From Eledone cirrhosa (taxonomy: Eukaryota), in assembly GCA_964016885.1 (NCBI GenBank), contig OZ024740.1, positions 37,324,001 to 37,388,000 on the forward strand: a DNA stretch of 64,000 nt, given 5' to 3'. Below are positions 58,431-64,000 of the stretch, in pieces. The notes under the pieces are model-generated. The model had not been told where the DNA came from and did not search any database. It saw nothing but the letters and a program-made list of their open reading frames with translations. How positions within the stretch are numbered: the first letter of the stretch is position 1; each line of letters begins with the position of its first letter. Made by a program: the position numbers and the translations under genes.

Positions 58431-59196
58431 ACTATTACATACAATGTTTATTCTATCATTTTTTTCTTCAAATGTGTACCAGGATATTTGTGTGTTTTAA
58501 TAACTTTCTCTAGTTTTATGTTGCTTAGCTCCTGGTGTTGATTCACTCTAAACTCCATATAAAGAATTAGTTAAGATACGCTTACTTTCCACTCCTATAT
58601 TCTAATATGTAACTAAATTGTACTTAAACAGGAACTAGATTTCAGAGTTATTAATTTCAATGAATATATTTACATTCATCCGTTCTGTTCCCATTTACTA
58701 TTAACCAATTGTGGCTTACACATTATTGTTTCTATAACTCATCAATCTGCTGTGATTTGTACATTAATATATTATTTCTGTCCCTCATCAGTCAGTTGTG
58801 ACTTACACATTAATATATTGTTTCTATCTTTGGATTACAAGATATCACCAGAAGAAGCTTGAAAATAATTCACTTTAAACAACTTAACTGTAAGTTCTTT
58901 TAATTTCTTTCTTTCTCTCTTTCTTTCTTTGTATAATTTTATTTCACATAAATTGAAAAACAATATTCATGTTTATATTTTTGCACAATACGTTATCCTA
59001 CAAAGAGCACACATAGGAGAAACTAAAAAAATGTCACTGCCTTGGGACTTCAACACGTCTTCTTGTTGAGTCTTTAGTTTTTAGCATGTTTCTTCTCTCC
59101 TATATCAATACTCATGAGACATTCCACTTGGTTCAAAAATCTAAATACTGTTTAGTCTTAAGTTAACCAACAACAGACCTAAAATCTTTTGTGTTT

Positions 59197-59283
<87 letters not shown>

Positions 59284-60282
59284 TGTGTTATCTAATAGTT
59301 ACCTTTTTGTGACATGTAAACATTGTTTTGTCATCCGCTTTGTTTTATTTTTCATAAAACATTGTAAAAATTGAGCTCTTCAAATTAAGCAGTATCAATA
59401 TAACAGTTTAGGTCAGTTGAAGAAAATATAGATTTTACTAATTTTTGATTTTATGGTAAAGTTGGTGCTATCCTTTTCATGGCCTGAGGCCTCAGGATGA
59501 AACCAGTAAGAAAGTGTAACAGTAATATTTATTTTATTTTTCTATAATTCTAAAAAAAACATAACAAGAACTTGGTTTATATATATCATCATCATCATCA
59601 CCATTTTACATCTATTTTCCATGTGTGCATGAGTTAGATAGATTGTCATGTTATGAGACATCAGGTCAGGTGACCTTATCATCTTCATACAGATCTGTTT
59701 GGGGCTCAGTTTCTACACTTGGATGCCCTTCTTAATGCCAACCACATTACAGCATGGACTGGGTGTTAAGATTTTTATGATAACTTAAGCTTAAATAAAA
59801 CATTTATACACAAGTGGAACATGATAGAAAAAATGTGATGGTACTATGTGTGAAAATCAAACCTGGCATCTGCTGTGTACCAGACAACCACATAGTTATC
59901 ATTTGTCTAATGATTACATTTTGAAGTTTTCATTACTTCAAATTTTAATTCACTCTTCTTCCTCTAACTTCTGATAGCAAGCTGCCTGAAATCCCCTTTA
60001 GTTCTATGATGTAAAAGCACTTGTTTTAAAATGTTCAGATCTAAATTTTAAATTTCCATCATATTTTATGTAAGAACATTTTGTCAAGTTATTTTCAAAA
60101 TAACCTAATAATGAAAAACTTGTTATATTTCAAGTCCCTTGAAATTCTTGATTAGTTAAAAAATTAATTAAAACACATGGGCAATGATCGTGAAAGGGTT
60201 AAATATCAAATTTAAAGAATATAGTTACTTGTGTAAAACCCAAATCAGTTTAGTTGGCATTCTTTAGATCAGTAACATTAAT

Positions 60283-60466
60283 TGTTTCTACTTTAGGCAC
60301 AAGGCCAGCAATTACCCAGTGCATTACTGGTACTTTATTTTATCGACCCCGTAAGGATGAAAGGCAAAGTCAACCTCGGCGGGATTTGAACTCAGATCGT
60401 AAAGGGACGTAACTATGCTGGAAAGCATGGCGTCCGACCCTCTACCGATACTGCCAATCCACCGCG
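60283..60466 (-). mobile_element. Full-length young SINE S1 with 21-bp TSD
   Basis: CTTTAGATCAGTAACATTAAT at 60262-60282 and 60467-60487; intact A and B boxes. Confidence 0.95.
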
Positions 60467-61029
60467 CTTTAGATCAGTAACATTAATGGTTGTAAAATGT
60501 ATAAATAAAATTAAAATGTAAGAATTCAGATAATTTTATAAAATGTTACCTTTGAAATATGATGACTTCCCCCTTGTAAGGTTTCGGAGGACCCTTCAGT
60601 TGTGTCAAAAACATGACAGCCTCCCTAGCGTTGGTGATCTATATGACAAACACACGCAGTAATACTGTAAAGTGGTTGATGATAACAAAGGCTTTCCAAA
60701 CAAAAGGTTGGGGGACCCATCAGCTGTGTCAATGATATGACAACCTCTCCTGTGCACTCAATAGAACATAAAACCATACATAAGTGAGATGTTGACCCCT
60801 TAGCCTCATTGGGAGGTTAGTGGTTCCGCTTCCATACTGACTTGGTCTATGTAGACCTGTCCAACTCTTGCTAGCAGGGAAAGCAGACGTTAATGATGAT
60901 AATGTAAGGTGGTTGGCTTTCTAGAAGACAGGTTCTGAATGGGTTTAGAAAATGAAAAATACTGTTCACAGCTTTCTTGGCAAGAAAAATGTGTTGCTTG
61001 ACAAGAAAGCCATTTTATGTTAAAGCAAT

Positions 61030-61400
61030 CAACTATCTGATTTTGCCATTTTTAGTTAATCAGTCATCTCATTGATCTAGATTTGAAACTGCAGGACAAG
61101 AACAAATTGTTTCTTAGCTTAGTAAATGATATGGTTGCATTCATGAGGAAATCGAAGCTCTTTATCATAGCTAGAATATAAAGATTTGAACCAGTTTCTG
61201 TATTTAAAAGAGCAGTCAATGTGCTGAAGATGTTGGCAAATTGACAAAAATTTGTTGAAAAAATTCAGGTTATTGTAAAAGTCATTTGGAAGACATTTTT
61301 ATGATTTTGCTAAAGAAGAAGACTTCTTCCTTCCATTTAGAAACCTACTTTCACTAAATAGGCAGACAATCATACAGCTGTGTAAAGAAACATTTTCATC
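61030..61400 (+). pseudogene. Decayed hAT (SPIN/GTF2IRD2-like) transposase fragment
   Basis: LSDFA..HLIDLDLKLQDKNKLF..VNDMVAFMRK.KLF..F.DF..F.N pattern, with disruptions. Confidence 0.5.
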
Positions 61401-61559
61401 TACAAAACTGTTAAAAAAGAAAATAAGATCACGATTTATTGATTTGAATTTGAAGAACTATATATAGTCTGGAAAAGTGTATAATGAGAGCAAAGCCAAA
61501 TTCACCCAGTTCGATAAGGTAGATTTTTACCCCTTGGTATTGAGCTTCTACTCTAACTT

Positions 61560-62345
61560 CCTTCCACTGGAAATCAACTGACACTTCTCTCTTTCAGACT
61601 ATATCTGATTCCTCCTATACCCTGCTTTTCTCTGCTCATCCATGTCATTCATACACACTAACAATAAACTTTCAATGAAGCATTCTGGCTTCATTTCTCT
61701 CCAGCCTCTGTATATCCTCTACATTTTCTGCCCATGCCTTACTGTCATGCAACATTGCACTTCTTACACAGACATCATACAATCTACCCTTCAACAATAG
61801 AGAAAATCCCTAAACATTTTCCAGCTTGTTCTTATTCTAGCTACTATACTTTCAATGCAAACCCCTCCACTACTAATTAAGTACCTAAGTAACAGAAGCT
61901 ATCAACTACTTTTATGGTACCTCACAGGATGAGAAAGGATTTATTTCACTGATCTTATTACACATTATTCCAGTGCATCTGTCATATAGAAAGTCTGTAT
62001 TTTCTGTTCGTCTTCCTACAATCACACTACACTTGTGTACTCATACCTTACATTGAGTACATCATATAAAGTTCCTACCTACTCCTTTTCAACATATTGA
62101 GCATAGCCACTTCCCTGGAGGGATCAGAGTTTTGTTCTATTTCCTACTTACTAAAATTTGGTCTTTGCTAGTTTTATTCTGAGCCTTTTTGATTCTAAGT
62201 TCTGTTTCCACAACAGGAATTTCTTCCCTAACTTTCCTTTAGCTTCAGTAATAAGAACCAGATTATCAACATACAAAAGTTCTTATTAACAGCCAATCTT
62301 AAACTTCTCTGTTATGGGTCTGGAGGATTGTATATTAGTGAATCA
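61560..62345 (-). pseudogene. Heavily decayed RTE RT fragment
   Basis: Reverse complement is collinear with 55420-56300 (LYVDNLVLI, VDSFCYLG, VRIRTSWK, GFSL..LYD.CVRSAMLH). Confidence 0.65.
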
Positions 62346-62899
62346 ATAGAATTATAAAAGAAAACTTTAGTTATATAGAGGCAAATAGCTGAAAGAATCA
62401 TTAGTATTAATTGCAAAAAATGTCTTATTCTTTCTAGTCAGAGTAATTTTCTTTATTTTAAATAACATTGTACCTTTTGACACAAAATGTAGTTACAAAT
62501 TACAGGAATAACTTTTTAAAAACATATGCATTCTCTTGTAAATAGAAATTATTTTTTGAATTAGGATTTATAGTTACTGACGTGGGGTATAACAACTTTA
62601 AGCATCTTCTAATGGGTTAAAATAATCAATAGTGACAACCAACTCAAGCAGAATTAAGTTAAGTTAAAGATTTATTATATATAATATGGCAAATGATATA
62701 AATATATTGCCTGAGGTCTCAGGTAAGTAGAATGAATTTGGATTTTTTAGAAAGGTAAGGGAAGGAAAGAAAAGGTTAAGTGGAAAAATATGTAAGAAAT
62801 TCAAATGAAAAGAAAATTATGTTTGAACAAATGTGCAAATAATAATGCGATTAGAATTCATTTTAATCATCTATTGGTAGATATATATAAGAAAACCAT

Positions 62900-63172
62900 A
62901 GGTGGATAGAAATTCCAAATCTGTGAGTAGAATGGTTGGGTAAAGATTTTAATGCAAGATCTGGAAATTGAGAGAGAATCGAAAATGTACAGGTGAGCTT
63001 GGCTTTCTTTTGGATGGGGGTCTAGGATGTTTGTGTATCAGCAGCAACAGACCAGATATGTGATCAGTACTTCAATGTAAGCCTTTCTTGAGCTTTGTAA
63101 AGGATCTACAGTTAAGTATTTTCTGACCATGAAGAGGAAGTCTAGTCTTTGGGATACAGTTTTGGCAATGTA
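62900..63172 (-). pseudogene. Decayed CR1/Jockey-superfamily LINE RT C-terminal fragment
   Basis: IAKTVSQRLDFLF..RKYLT..LYKAQ.R..LKY*SHIW..IQKKA. Confidence 0.55.
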
Positions 63173-64000
63173 ATATATATATATATATAAGGTCACCATG
63201 AGAGGTCATCAGAAATTATGAAACCTAACACTTAATCAATTGAGGTAAGCTACATTTGCTTTGATGTCCAGTCTATAAGTTGTTATTACAGTTTTTCCAT
63301 GTGAACATGGCTTTGAAGATTCTGCAAAAATCAAACTGCAGAAGTTTACAAATTGCATTTACTTATGCGACAATTACAAGTTAACTAGGTTACTCATTTG
63401 AAGTTTTAGGAATTACTGATGCAGTTTTTTTTCAAGCTCAATTCTTTCCTTAATATTAAGTAGATTAAAACAAGAGTAAAGCAATAAATGAGGAGGTCAA
63501 CAACTTAATCCCACACTTATTCCACCTCTATATTCACTGTATCTCTGGTATTCAAATAACATTGTGAAAATTGAAAGCACTTTTATCCTTCCATAAAATC
63601 AGTACAGACACTTACAGATTTACCTACTTGCATAAATATCTATAAATTATGCCTTGCAGCAAGTCATTAATCCGCAGTGCACTTAAAATCACGTCCAAAA
63701 TATTTTCATACCTGGCAAGCAATTAGTTTCTGCTTTCCTTCCAATCAGTCAGGTAAAAAAGCTCAATTGATATATCACTCTTCTTCTTTTACCTCTACAA
63801 TGGAGATAATGATCATGTGTAAAAAGTCTTATATAATTGTATTTCTATTACTGAAATATGTATATATATTTACACATGTACATAAACAATAGAGGGGAAA
63901 GATCAGGTAACACTAATGTGTATAGAAATATATTTGCACGTATGTAAATAACTGTTTGTGTCATGATGTTGTATTTACATGTATGTATATTTCACGCACA

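Overview
This is AT-rich eukaryotic repeat DNA with no host protein-coding gene that I can support. The SINE, RTE and microsatellite make-up suggests an octopus or other cephalopod genome (inference). Bases 1-20.4 kb are a cluster of Penelope-like retroelements (PLEs; RT plus C-terminal GIY-YIG endonuclease) from two very different families, embedded in kilobase-scale (TA)n arrays and mostly arranged as inverted insertions with an asymmetric tail. The rest holds RTE-clade LINEs with a PHD-like finger inside the RT, many tRNA-derived SINEs, a TSD-flanked hAT/Buster transposon, an ~8 kb 40-bp satellite and several minisatellites. The most notable signals are five. (i) A covarying double-pseudoknot motif and a CCAAT/E2F module are conserved in the 3' regions of two diverged family-1 PLEs that show no hammerhead. 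(ii) PLE family 2 has a ~70-aa insertion in the RT fingers, at the position of the telomerase IFD. (iii) One inverted PLE insertion appears to be built from two different subfamily templates. (iv) There are eight hammerhead ribozyme motifs, several of them decayed. (v) Short ORF-less palindromic hammerhead inserts occur, two of which fold back exactly on ribozyme stem II. All calls were made by eye without alignment or folding software.
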